Below the pieces are notes generated by a model. The model saw only the letters and a list, made by a program, of their open reading frames with translations. It did no database searches and was not told the DNA's origin. A stretch of DNA of 64,000 nucleotides from Eledone cirrhosa (lineage: Eukaryota): positions 12,772,001-12,836,000 of the forward strand of contig OZ024756.1 in the NCBI GenBank assembly GCA_964016885.1. Direction: 5' to 3'. Position 1 is the stretch's first letter; the number at the start of each line of letters is the position of its first letter. Below are positions 37,380 through 51,187 of this stretch, one piece after another. The position numbers and the translations under genes were made by a program.

Positions 37380-39180
37380 AGTGGTAGTGGTGGTAATTGT
37401 AGTTTATGTTGTAGTATGTTGTATTGTTAGTATGTGGTGGTAGTGGTGGTAGATGTAGCATATGTTGTAGTATGTTGTATTGTTAGTATGTGGCGGTAGT
37501 GGTGGTAGATGTAGTATATGTTGTAGTATGTTGTATTGTTAGTATGTGGTGGTAGTGGTGGTAAATGTAGTTTATGTTGTAGTATGTTGTATTGTTAGTT
37601 TGTGACAGTGGTGGTAAATGTAGTTTATGTTGTAGTATATTGTAGTGTTAGTATGTAACAGTGGTGGTAGATGTAGTTTATGTTGTAGTATGTTGTATTG
37701 TTAGTATGTGGTGGTAGTGGTGGTAAATGTAGTTTATGTTGTAGTATGTTGTATTGTTAGTATGTGGTGGTAGTGGTGGTAAATGTAGTTTATGTTGTAG
37801 TACATTGTAGTGTTAGGATGTGACAGTGGTGGTAAATGTAGTTTATGTTGTAGTATGTTGTATTGTTAGTTTGTGACAGTGGTGGTAAATGTAGTTTATG
37901 TTGTAGTATGTTGTATTGTTAGTTTGTGACAGTGGTGGTAAATGTAGTTTATGTTGTAGTATGTTGTATTGTTAGTTTGTGACAGTGGTGGTAAATGTAG
38001 TTTATGTTGTAGTATATTGTAGTGTTAGTATGTGACAGTGGTGGTAGATGTAGTATATGTTGTACATTGTAGTGTTAGTATGTGACAGTGGTGGTATATG
38101 TTGTAGTACGTTGTAGTGTTAGTATGTGACAGTGGTGGTAAATGTAGTATATGTTGTAGTATATTGTAGTGTTAGTATGTAACAGTGGTGGTAGATGTAG
38201 TTTATGTTGTAGTATGTTGTATTGTTAGTATGTGGTGGTAGTGGTGGTAAATGTAGTTTATGTTGTAGTACATTGTAGTGTTAGGATGTGACAGTGGTGG
38301 TAGATGTAGTTTATGTTGTAGTACATTGTAGTGTTAGTATGTGGCAGTGGTGGTAGATGTAGTATATGTTGTAGTACATTGTAGTGTTAGGATGTGACAG
38401 TGGTGGTAGATGTAGTTTATGTTGTAGTATATTGTAGTGTTAGTATGTAACAGTGGTGGTAGATGTAGTTTATGTTGTAGTATGTTGTATTGTTAGTATG
38501 TGGTGGTAGTGGTGGTAAATGTAGTTTATGTTGTAGTACATTGTAGTGTTAGGATGTGACAGTGGTGGTAGATGTAGTATATGTTGTAGTATATTGTAGT
38601 GTTAGTATGTGACAGTGGTGGTAGATGTAGTTTATGTTGTAGTACATTGTAGTGTTAGTATGTGACAGTGGTGGTAGATGTAGTATATGTTGTAGTATAT
38701 TGTAGTATTAGTATGTGACAGTGGTGGTAGATGTAGTATATGTTGTAGTACATTGTAGTGTTAGTATGTAACAGTGGTGGTAGATGTAGTATATGTTGTA
38801 GTACATTGTAGTGTTAGTATGTAACAGTGGTGGTAGATGTAGTTTATGTTGTAGTATATTGTAGTGTTAGGATGTGACAGTGGTGGTAGATGTAGTTTAT
38901 GTTGTAGTACATTGTAGTGTTAGTATGTGACAGTGGTGGTAGATGTAGTATATGTTGTAGTACATTGTAGTGTTAGTATGTGATAAAGGTAGTTTATGTT
39001 GTAGTACATTGTAGTGTTAGTATGTGACAGTGGTGGTAGATGTAGTTTATGTTGTAGTATATTGTAGTGTTAGGATGTGACAGTGGTGGTAGATGTAGTT
39101 TATGTTGTAGTATATTGTAGTGTTAGTATGTGACAGTGGTGGTGGTGGTGGTGGTGGATGTAGTATATGTTGTAGTATGT
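37380..39180. repeat. G/T-rich 53-56-bp minisatellite
   Basis: agtggtggtagatgtagtttatgttgtagtacattgtagtgttagtatgtgac variants. Confidence 0.92.
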
Positions 39181-39391
39181 TTAATAATAATTGTTTCTAC
39201 TTTTGGCACAAGGCCAGCAATTATCCCAGTGTATTACTGGTACTTTATTTTATCGACCCCGTAAGGATGAAAGGCAAAGTTAACCTCGGCAGGATTTGAA
39301 CTCAGACCATAAAGGGCCGTAACACTATGCTACAAAACATGGCGTCCGACCCTCTACCGATACTGCCAATGTTTAATAATATGATACTTAC

Positions 39392-39451
39392 TGTTAATAT
39401 ATCCTGGGTCTCCTGCCATTTCTCAATCCAATGTCTGGTCAATTGTTTAGC
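39392..39451 (-). CDS. STARD9: Exon [20 protein letters not shown]
   Basis: 60 nt; LT--W--KW motif typical of kinesin-3 CC1; canonical splice sites. Confidence 0.85.
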
Positions 39452-39707
39452 CTGAAATAAAGTTAGAGATACCTACAGTCCTGTTAGACACACACACACA
39501 TACACACAGAAACATACACAGAGACATACACACAGAGACATACACACACAGACATACACAGAGACATACACACACAGAGAAGATACACACAGACAGACAC
39601 ACAGACATACACACACAGACACACATACAGACACACACACAGACATACACACAGACACACACACACAGAGAGATACACACACAGACATACGCACACACAG
39701 AGACATA

Positions 39708-40236
39708 AGAGGGGGGGCTTCAAAAGGGTCGTGGAAAAAGGACAGTTGGAAAAAATGGTGGAAGTTATGATATTTATTTTTCAAAATATGCTCCATCTAG
39801 GCCAATGCAAGCATTGATACCAGCCTTTAAGTCCATCTGTATAAAACTGGGGGACATGCGATTTACCATGTCAAAGCAGCTTCAACTGGGGATCATCTTC
39901 AACCTCATCTCTTCCACTTCTAAAATGACTTATCCATTTGCTGGTTGTTGACTTTGGGGCATTGTCCCCATAAACTTGCTCCAGAGCGTCAATTATTTGG
40001 CTGCTCTTCCACCCTAGCTTCACCAAGTATTTGATGTTTTGATGGAGGCCATGTTGCTCAAGTGGGTGCTGACTTCCGACTGGTGCCATGTTGCAACATG
40101 CATTTAAGGGTTCATGTTAGAACATGTGACACGTTAGTACAAGAACGGACAGGTGCATTGGGATCAAAATCATTGCATATGATTTTTAGCTATGTACTTT
40201 TGCCACAAACTTTTTGAAGCCCCCCCCCCCCCCTCG
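39708..40236 (-). mobile_element. Internally deleted mariner transposon
   Basis: Imperfect TIRs gagggggggcttcaaaag / ttttgaagccccc...ctcg; ORF NIKYLVKLGWKSSQIIDALEQVYGDNAP...WISHFRSGRDEVEDDP resembles the mariner N-terminal HTH. Confidence 0.8.
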
Positions 40237-40520
40237 TGTATCCACAAACACACACACACATCCAACTCCACATGCACACATAAACCCATACATGCACACA
40301 CACACACATACATACACAGTGCCAGATTTAGGATAAATGAGGACCTGAGGTAGTAATGTTATGAGGACCCTTATTTGGGCCCTGAAGGAAATAAAAAATT
40401 TTGTTGGCAGGACGATGGGTTCCCCCCATGGCCAACGAGGTCCTGCTCTTAAGCACACACACCTAAGCACTGCACACACAGACAACAATCCAAATTAATT
40501 AATTTAATAAAACTACTTAC

Positions 40521-40592
40521 AGCTGCTACATTTTCTTCTAGTTTCTCACAGAGGAACACACTAGATTCCTGCAATGATACGCTATTGTCTTT
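40521..40592 (-). CDS. STARD9: Coiled-coil 1 exon (KDNSVSLQESSVFLCEKLEENVAA)
   Basis: 72 nt, tttcag acceptor and gtaagt donor, phase 0 to 0. Confidence 0.75.
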
Positions 40593-40652
40593 CTGAAATA
40601 AACAGGTCGATAGTGAAATAGTCTTTGACAGCAAATAGTAATGGTAATCATT

Positions 40653-40727
<75 letters not shown>

Positions 40728-40952
40728 CTTTCACCGTATTTTTGACTAAAGGAATTTTAGCTTGATAACGGGGTTTAGAACCCTCAGATAAATGGAAAAA
40801 GATGAGTATGTACGTCAATACTCATCTTTTTCCATTTATCTGAGGGTTCTAAACCCCGTTATCAAGCTAAAATTCCTTTAGTCAAAAATACGGTGAAAGC
40901 TATATATTTTCTAATTTCAAACTCGCTCACTGTTTCAAAACATACTTACTTG

Positions 40953-40993
<41 letters not shown>

Positions 40994-41148
40994 CAATACA
41001 CAGACCATCCACAAACACACACATACATATATGTAACATTATATACACAGGCACACACACACATACATACATATGTAACATTACACACACCATCCAAAAA
41101 CATACACACATATGTATATAACATTAAATACACCATCCACAAATACAT

Positions 41149-41197
<49 letters not shown>

Positions 41198-41369
41198 ACA
41201 ACAAACAGAGGTACAAAATGTCTTATTAGTTTCACACTTTATATGGTAAAGGGGAAAGAAATTTCGATGCGAGAGACAGGTTCACAAAAATAGATATCAC
41301 GTACATACACACACATATATATATATATAACATTACACACACACATATATATATAATTGTGTATGTATG

Positions 41370-42060
41370 TGTGTGGAAGACTTGCGTAGATTAGAAAGAA
41401 ACAAAGCCTGCATGCTCCGATGGATGTGTAATAGTAATATACGCGAACGGCAAAGCATAAACGAATTGAGAGAGAGACTGAACATAAGAGGAATCAAATG
41501 CTGTGTGCAGGAGAGGAGGTTGCGTTGATATGGACATGTGATGCGGAGGAAGGATGACAGCTGCATAAAAATGTACAGAGCACTAGCAGTCGATGGAAAC
41601 TGCGGAGTGGGGAGACCCAAGAAGACCTGGGATGAGGTGATAAAAGCCGACCTTACCTAATTACACCTCTCAAAGGCAATGACACACGACCGTGACCTCT
41701 GGCGTCATGCAGAAATAGAGAAGACCCCCCCCCCCCCACGGGTACAAGCCGAAGCTGAAGCATATAGACAATATGCTCCTACACCCTCCCACTGCAAAGT
41801 GGTCGTGGAGGTGCCACGGCAGAAAAAGCGCCCAGCCCACACTGTAAAGTGGACGTGTAGGCACCACGGAAAAAAGCACCCAGCACTCACTGTAAATGAG
41901 GTTGGTGTTAGGAAGGGCATCCAGCTGTAGAAATCAAGCCAGAATCAGTTCCCGTATGAGCAAGGCATTGTCAGCTGACCGGCTACTGTCCACAAAAGGA
42001 CAACACGTCTAACCCATGCTAGCGTGGAAGAACAGACGTAAAACGGTGATGATGATGATG
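41370..42060 (+). mobile_element. RTE LINE 3' end including 3' UTR module and (GAT)n tail
   Basis: MLRWMC, YGHVMRR and GRPKKTW codons run into the 49-bp-unit/AGGAAGGGCATCC module. Confidence 0.8.
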
Positions 42061-42603
42061 GCTGTGAATGTATTGTATATTTAACAATATACTGTATGTT
42101 TATTGATGCTGGGCTGGCAACTGCTGTCTGTGCAAATGAGTTTCAACAACTCAAACATAATTGGAATTCTATAAGAATCCAGTTTTGATAACAGCAAAGC
42201 TGTAGGGATATGTAGTCTTGATAAGCACTTATGAGTGAGAAACGTGGCATTGTCGATTACTTCCCCTTGCCTTTGCTGAAGCTAGGAATGTGACGTTTGT
42301 CACTACCTTAAAATTCATATGGAAAGGCCTTCAAAATGTTTTTAACCCTTTAATGTTCAAACCGGCCAGAATGCTCTCACCTCTTTGTCCAAAACGGCCA
42401 TAACTGGCTGCTCAAACTGATGTTAACATATTGTTCTCAAAATAAATACTTTCAAAATCTCAGATTTGTTATTATGTGAGATAATTATGCGAGATAAAGC
42501 CTTTACCATGAAAATATAATAGTATATAGAGAGTAATGTGATTGCTAAAGGGTTAAATAAACAGACAGTACATTGTTAAATATACAATACATACATTCAT
42601 ATA

Positions 42604-43342
42604 TCTATAATATTATAAAGCTAAGCGTCGTATGTATGTATTATGTATGTATCCTACACACCTCCCTATAGTTTCTTAGCTTTACTCTGTCGCTCTTCCC
42701 TCTCTCTATAATAGATCATTTTCCCTCTCTACAATTTAACTGCTTTACTCTCTCTGTCGCTCTTCACTCTCTAATATTAAAAAGCTGAGCGTCTTCTCTA
42801 TCTCTCTCCCTCTTTCACTCTCTCTATAATTTAACTGCTTTACTCTCTGTGTCTCTTCACTCTCTATATGACAACACTATTTTACTTTCCGGAGCATCGT
42901 ATGTATGTTTATTTCAAAAGGATAACGTCCTTCAAATTCGGTCAACACACAAGCAAGCAATACATACATCAAAAGGCAACCCTCTTAGCGAGNNNNNNNN
43001 NNNNNNNNNNNNNNNNNNNNNNNNNNNNNNNNNNNNNNNNNNNNNNNNNNNNNNNNNNNNNNNNNNNNNNNNNNNNNNNNNNNNNNNNNNNNNNNNNNNN
43101 NNNNNNNNNNNNNNNNNNNNNNNNNNNNNNNNNNNNNNNNNNNNNNNNNNNNNNNNNNNNNNNNNNNNNNNNNNNNNNNNNNNNNNNNNNNNAGAAAGAG
43201 AGAGAGAGAAAAAGAGAGAGAGAGAAAAAGAGAGAGTGAGAGTCGGAAGGACAATATGACACGGGAGGGTGTGTGGTATCTTTGCAGTGGAGTGGTGAGG
43301 GCAGGTATGCCTAGCCAGGCGCCAGCCAGACGGGCCAGCTAG
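42604..43342 (+). mobile_element. Probable non-autonomous Helitron (spans the assembly gap)
   Basis: A|TCTATAATATTATAAAG start, GC-rich subterminal segment and CTAG|T end; internal CT/GA repeats. Confidence 0.5.
42993..43192. other. Assembly gap (200 N)
   Basis: Run of n. Confidence 1.
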
Positions 43343-43410
43343 TAAATAAATATATATATATATCAATGATATTAATAAATGTAAACTATATGTTTTTATA
43401 AAACCATATT

Positions 43411-43471
43411 TACTCTATTATATATATTTCAAGGGTACCAAAACTTTGATACGCTCTCATCAGATAAAATA
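43411..43471 (-). ncRNA. Minimal type I hammerhead ribozyme (family B), left arm of palindrome
   Basis: Exact reverse complement of 43606-43666. Confidence 0.75.
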
Positions 43472-43605
43472 CAGAGCTTGTTTTATAAATGTTGACATAT
43501 CCAGGAATGAGACCTTAACGGATAGTAAGGTAAAACTATCCAGGTAAAACTTGAACCGTTAAGGTCTCATTCCTGGATATGTCAACATTTATAAAACAAG
43601 CTCTG

Positions 43606-43666
43606 TATTTTATCTGATGAGAGCGTATCAAAGTTTTGGTACCCTTGAAATATATATAATAGAGTA
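43606..43666 (+). ncRNA. Minimal type I hammerhead ribozyme (family B), right arm of palindrome
   Basis: TATTTTAT-CTGATGA-gagcgtatcaa agtt ttggtaccctt-GAAA-T ATAT A-TA-ATAGAGTA: intact core, 8-bp stem I, minimal stem III with palindromic tetraloop as described for Penelope-like element HHRs. Confidence 0.75.
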
Positions 43667-43845
43667 AATATGGTTTTATAAAAACATATAGTTTACATTT
43701 ATTAATATCATTGATATTTTACTCCAGAAAATCTGTCGAGTGCTTCAAATCTGTTATAAATATATATATTTGTTGAATTACCAACAAATTAAATATCCCT
43801 TTGCTTATATATATATATATATATTTTTTATTTTATTTTATAGGA

Positions 43846-43894
43846 GCTTCTACAGGACTAGTACTGTTTCATTCAGATGAAATCTTCAGGAAGC
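43846..43894 (-). ncRNA. Type I hammerhead ribozyme (family C)
   Basis: Minus strand: GCTTC-CTGAAGA-tttcatctgaat-GAAA-CAG tactagtc CTG-TA-GAAGC; stems I and III pair, GUA cleavage triplet, stem II weak with a U-U closing position. Confidence 0.7.
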
Positions 43895-44820
43895 ATATAA
43901 AATAAAAAAATTTTACTCTGCCATGTATTGAGTACCTTACTTACTGTGGTTATCCCCGACTCAACCCGGGACCTACGTATATATATATATATATATATAT
44001 ATTAGTAAAAGGAAAAGAAAATGCTGACAAATTTTTCCCAGTGAAGAATACTTTAATTAGGAATAAGTATAAATTAGTAATAAATATTGGTTAGTATTCA
44101 GTTTTAGTTTTAAGGTTTTACCGGTTGAGCATTTCTAATGCTTTTCAAAAATAACTTTGAGATAGAGCGCTTGTGATGTTTGCTCTAATCTGATTAGAGC
44201 AAACATCACAAGCGCTCTATCTCAAAATTATTTTTGAAAAGCATTAGAAATGCACAAACGGTAAAACCTTAAAACTAAAACTGAATACTAACCAATACTT
44301 ATTACTAATTTATACTTATTCCTAATTAAACTATTTTTCACTGGGAAAAATTTGTCAGCATTTTCTTTTCCTTTTTACTAATATATCACAACTCATGTGT
44401 CACACCTCTACTTTTTTAAATATATATATATCATCATCATCATCATCTTCGTTTAACGTCCATTTTCCACGCTAGCATGGGTTTGACGGTGTATATATAT
44501 ATATACATAATGGAAGCACATGGCTTAGTGGTTAGAGCATTGGCCTTGCAATCGAAAGGTTGTGAGTTCAATTCTCAGACCGGGTGATGTGTTGTTTCCT
44601 TGAGCAAGACACTTTATTTCACATTGCTCCAGTTTACTCAGCTGTAGAAATGAGATGGTCGCGGAGGTGCCACGGCAAAAAAGCACCAAGCACTCACTGT
44701 AAATGAAGTTGGTGTTAGGAAGGGCATCCAGCTGTAGAAATCAAGCCAGAATCAGTTCCCGTCCCACCCTTGCAAGCAGAGAAAAGCGGACATAAAATGA
44801 AATGATGATGAAATGATGAT

Positions 44821-46462
<1,642 letters not shown>

Positions 46463-47279
46463 AGTATTTTATTTTTAACTTTGTCAATGTCTACCATAGT
46501 CATTTTAATTTGTTAATCTATTATTTTTTTTGTTCTTTTAATGTTAAGGGTTAAATAAAATCAAACATAACATTATAATGTAAAATAAAATGGTCCATAA
46601 AAAAACTGACCAGTTAGCACTTCTATATATATATATAGGAGAGTTAGAGAGAAATAGACAGATGGATGAATATGGAAAACAGGTGACCAAGAATGGTAAA
46701 AGTGATAGATAAAAAGTTCATCATAGCAACCAGAGATGGAAGAATATAAGTGAGATGAAGAGTAAAGCAAGGAGTTTGAATAAAAGACATCTTCAAAATA
46801 GTTTTACCAGTGTAACTCCAAGACATGGTTCTGAGACAGGCTGCAGCTGGTGAAATAATAAAATTGATCTTTTTATTGGCCACTAGGGCCCAATAATCAT
46901 AATGATTTCTTACATAGGCACATACACAACTGTCTCTCTATAAGCACTGTCTGCCCTCATACATCTATATATATAAAACTGAGGATGTGTGTGTGTGTGT
47001 GTGTATGTGTTTGAGTTTGAATCCCTAAAACTCAAGAAGTACCCATCGATTTTTTTGAAACAACTTTTTGATCCCTAGGGCCCACGGTAGGTGAAAAACT
47101 GCGTTTTTTCAGCTTTTTAGGGAGTTTTTGAGGCGTTATGTCAGACAAATTTCCTTGAAATTGTAACTATGTATTAGTCAATCTCTTCTTCATACCGTAG
47201 GCAAAGAAAATCCAACTTTTTTTATGGCCTAGGGCTCGCATTAGGTGAAAAACATTTTTCCAGCTTTTTATATGTTAGT

Positions 47280-47545
47280 GAAAGGTCTTTTAGCTTCCAG
47301 ACCCTTCTTTTCCACACCTTCCTGTATGTCTCATTCTGTCTCTTGTTTACTGAGATGTCACTAATGACTAACCTATGTTGTGGGGCATATTCTTTCTCAG
47401 GTTTGCCTTAGTATTTGACACCATCTGTCTGTCTCGCTGCCCAACTAGCAAGAAGTCAATCTGGCTTATGTGCTCGCCTGATTTGTAGGTTATTAGGTGG
47501 TTGGTAGGTTTCTTGAAGTTAGTGTTGCAAATGGTTAGTGCACTT
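47280..47545 (-). mobile_element. LINE AP-endonuclease fragment
   Basis: ICNTNFKKPTNHLITYKSGEHISQIDFLLV. Confidence 0.75.
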
Positions 47546-48173
47546 ATACATATATATATATGGAGGCACATGGCTTAGTGGTTAGAGCATTGGCCTTGCA
47601 ATCGATAGGTTGTGAGATCAATTCTCAGACCGGGTGATGTGTTGTTTCCTTGAGCAAGACACTTTATTTCACATTGCTCCAGTTTACTCAGCTGTAGAAA
47701 TGAGATACTAGGGACTGGGGTCCCTATCATTCCACTGCAAAGTGGTCGTGGAGGTGCCACAGCAAAAAAGCACCCAGCACTCACTGTAAATGAGGTTGGT
47801 ATTAGGAAGGGCATCCAGCTGTAGAAATCAAGCCAGAATCAGTTCCCGACCCACCCTTGCAAGCAGGGAAAAGCGGACGTGAAATGAATGATGATGAAAT
47901 GATACACATATATATATATAGCTACATACACATATATGTAACCACATACACACACGCGCCCAATACAAGTTATGTTTTACATGTAGAAAAGGCAAGTAGG
48001 TAAGAAGTACTTATATAACCTTAGTACCGTGAGTCGGATTGTGAAGGGGTGAGTCAGTTGAGGGTAGGGGTAGGGTGGATGGAGGGGTAGGGGGTAGGGT
48101 GGATGGAGGGGTAGGGGGTAGGGTGGATGGAGGGGTAGGGGGTAGGGTGGATGGAGGGGGAGGGGAGATTTTG

Positions 48174-48640
48174 TCAAGTGGCGTCTTTTTGAAAACTATC
48201 TGTCTGGCAGCAAGTCTGGTTTGAGATATTTGTAAGTTGCAAAGTAAGTTTTTGTGCATGCAATTTGTTCAGTGTAGGGCCCTTGGCAAATAGTATTTCG
48301 TAGCTCTCTGAAATAAAAAGGTCACAACACTTGTGTCCTCCCATGTATGAGCGCGCTCTCTGGAGTAATTTCCATTTGAGCGTGAAAGCGGTGGCGTTCC
48401 TCTTGAGGTCCCAGACATAGGAGGCGAGTGTTGTCCGATTAGATTTGTCCGGTCTTCTGAAAGAGTGGGTATGGGCATACCACCGTGTCTTAAAATTGTT
48501 GGAAGTCATTCCGATATAAGTCTTTTTGTTGTTGTCACCAATGCCTGAGACGACATCACATTTATATACAATGTCATTCGTCAGGCATTTGTTTTGAGTG
48601 GACAAGCTTCCTGATTTTGGCAATTGCACAATGCTCCCGC
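48174..48640 (-). mobile_element. Penelope-like element remnant, GIY-YIG endonuclease
   Basis: ORF CLTNDIVYKC...KTYIGMTSNNFKTRWYAHTHSF...TTLASYVWDLK...CDLFISE...LNK matches the PLE GIY-YIG pattern. Confidence 0.85.
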
Positions 48641-48794
48641 CCAGGGATGGGTTTTGGAGGTAGTAGGCTTATATAGTTTTTCAAGAATTCCCTTTTTTTT
48701 AAATCCATCAACCAATGACTTCCATCCATCCCAATCACTACCCTCTACTACCACTAAAAAAGGTATAAATACCACCATATCACATTGACAGTCG

Positions 48795-48854
48795 GCTTCC
48801 TGATGATTTCTTCTGAATGAAACAGTTCTAGTCCTACAGGACTAGAACTGTTTC
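48795..48854 (+). ncRNA. Hammerhead motif (family C) truncated by a fold-back inversion
   Basis: GCTTC-CTGATGA-tttcttctgaat-GAAA-CAGttctagtcCT then the inverted copy acaggactagaactgtttc; about 170 bp from a Penelope GIY-YIG remnant. Confidence 0.6.
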
Positions 48855-49061
48855 TATATTAATATATATAGGACCCCAACAGCAGAGCTAAAGTTGTTTC
48901 AACGGCTATTTCCATCAAAACGGCTTGAGCTCTGCCGTCGGGGTCAAACATTTTCCTATTAACCACTCTACTACCCTAAGTATTGAGTACTCTGGTGCAT
49001 TATGGTCCATCTGGTTCCTTACCACTCTTCCTTTGTTAATATATATATATATATATATATA

Positions 49062-49217
49062 CAAGAGTAATCCCAAAAGTAAGGTCTCCAAAGTGATGGG
49101 GATGCAGAGAAACTGGTTCCTGAGGTTTCCTGAAGCACCATCCACAGGATTTTAACGGAAAAGTTGTAATATCGGAAGTTGCAATATCGGAAGACCTTAC
49201 TTTTGGGATTGCCCTCG
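49062..49217. mobile_element. Mariner-type MITE (156 bp)
   Basis: TA-caagagtaatcccaaaagtaaggtct ... agaccttacttttgggattgccctcg-TA; about 26-bp TIR, inserted in (TA)n. Confidence 0.75.
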
Positions 49218-49381
49218 TATATATATATATATACACACACACAACTGTCTATCTATAAACATTGTCAGCACTTATACACATACAGCTACACACACACACA
49301 ACTCTGTTACGTAAAGTACATCAGACAGAGATTAGTAACAGTGGACTAAGGACATATCTCCTCTCATACAAGATAACTCAC

Positions 49382-49459
49382 CATCTGAGTTGACACCAAC
49401 ATATCCCTGAGGTGTTCAATCTCTCTTCTCAGCTCCTTAATTAATGTCACATTAGAGTC
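49382..49459 (-). CDS. STARD9: Neck coil exon (DSNVTLIKELRREIEHLRDMLVSTQM)
   Basis: 78 nt, cag acceptor and gtgagt donor; kinesin-3 neck coil consensus D-N--LIRELR-EI--L; absent from the ORF track. Confidence 0.88.
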
Positions 49460-51187
49460 CTGTAATGATAATGATTTTTAATTTAGGCACAGATCCAACA
49501 ATCTTGGGTGGTAGGGAAAGTCAATTATATTGACCCTCAGTATTTCACTGGTACTTTATTTTATCGACCATGGAAGGATGAAAGGCAAAATTGACCTTAA
49601 CAGGATTTGAACTGAGAATGTAAAGGGCCAGAAAAAAATACTGCAATGGCATTTTATCCAATACCCTATCAATTCTGCCAAACCCACACTGTAAAATGGT
49701 TGTGTTGGTGTCATGACTAAAAGCACCCAGTCCACAATGTAAAGTCATTGTGTTGGTGACACGACAAAAAATGCTGTCCACACTGTAAAGTGGTTGTGTT
49801 GGTGACACAACAAAAAAATGCCCTGTCCACACTGTAAAGTGGTTGTGTTGGTGACACGACAAAAAAATGCCCTGTCCACACTGTAAAGTGGTTGTGTTGG
49901 TGACACAACAAAAAAATGCCCTGTCCACACTGTAAAGTGGTTGTGTTGGTGACACGACAAAAAAATGCCCTGTCCACATTGTAAAGTGGTTGTGTTGGTG
50001 ACAACAAAAAAAATGCCTTGTCCACACTGTAAAGTGGTTGTGCTGGTGACAACAAAAAAAATGCCCTGTCCACACTGCAAAGTGGTTGTGTTGGTGACAC
50101 GACAAAAAAATGCCCTGTCCACACTGCTAAGTGGTTGTGTTGGTGACACGACAAAAAAATGCCCTGTCCACACTGCTAAGTGGTTGTGTTGGTGACACGA
50201 CAAAAAATGCCCTGTCCATACTGTAAAGTGGTCGTGTTGGTGTCATGACAAAAAGCGGCCAGCCCACAATGTTAAGTGGTTGTGTTGGTGTCATGACAAA
50301 AAGTACCCAGCCCACGCTGTAAAGTGGTCTTGGTACCACAACAAAAAACACCCAGTCCACACTGTAAATGTGGTTGGTTTTAAGTTAAGGCACCCAGTCA
50401 TAGAAACCAAGCCAGAAACAGTTCAGAATGAGCAAGACGTGGTCATCTGAACTGACTTGTCTCAAATGGGACAACACGTCTAACCCATGCTAGCGTGGAA
50501 AATAGACGTTAAACGGTAATGATGATGAACACAACCCATCTCTATAAATCATCATTTTTTTCATTTCATTTTACGTCCGCTTTTCCCTGCTTGCAAGGGT
50601 GGGACGGGAACTGATTCTGGCTTGATTTCTACAGCTGGATGCCCTTCCTAACACCAACCCCATTTACAGTGAGTGCTGGGTGCTTTTTTGCCGTGGCACC
50701 TCCACGACCACTTTGCAGTGGAATGATAGGGACCCCAGTCCCTATCATCTCATTTCTACAGCTGAGTAAATTGGAGCAATGTGAAATAAAGTGTCTTGCT
50801 CAAGGAAACAACACATCACCCAGCCTGAGAATTGAACTCACAACCTTTTGATTGCAAGGCCAATGCTCTAACCTCTAAGCCATGTGCCTCCATATATAAA
50901 CATAACTATTTTATGGGATGAAGTATAATATATCCTTTACCTTTATAAGACAATCCAACTGTAGTATATGACTATCTTCACTGACAAGCCACTGTATTGA
51001 AGCTACGCTATCAACATTGCATCTCTACCTAACCAGTCTACCACCACCCAGGGTAGATCAGTCTATCACAACTGTTCAAAGTACATCAGTCTATCATTAC
51101 TACTACCCTGAGTAGATCAATTCACCCCAACACCTACTCAGGGTAAGCCAGCCTACTTCACTATTAGAAAAAGAAAGAAAAGCTTAC

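Noticed and set aside
40834-40906. Hammerhead in the 40.7-kb palindrome (CTGAGGG...GAAA)
   Set aside because: Core deviates from CUGANGA and stems I and III could not be paired convincingly
44020-44062. Hammerhead-like CTGACAA...GAA in the 44-kb palindrome; also CTGATGA at about 6943 and 8147
   Set aside because: Missing G8 or missing GAAA, and no consistent stem I
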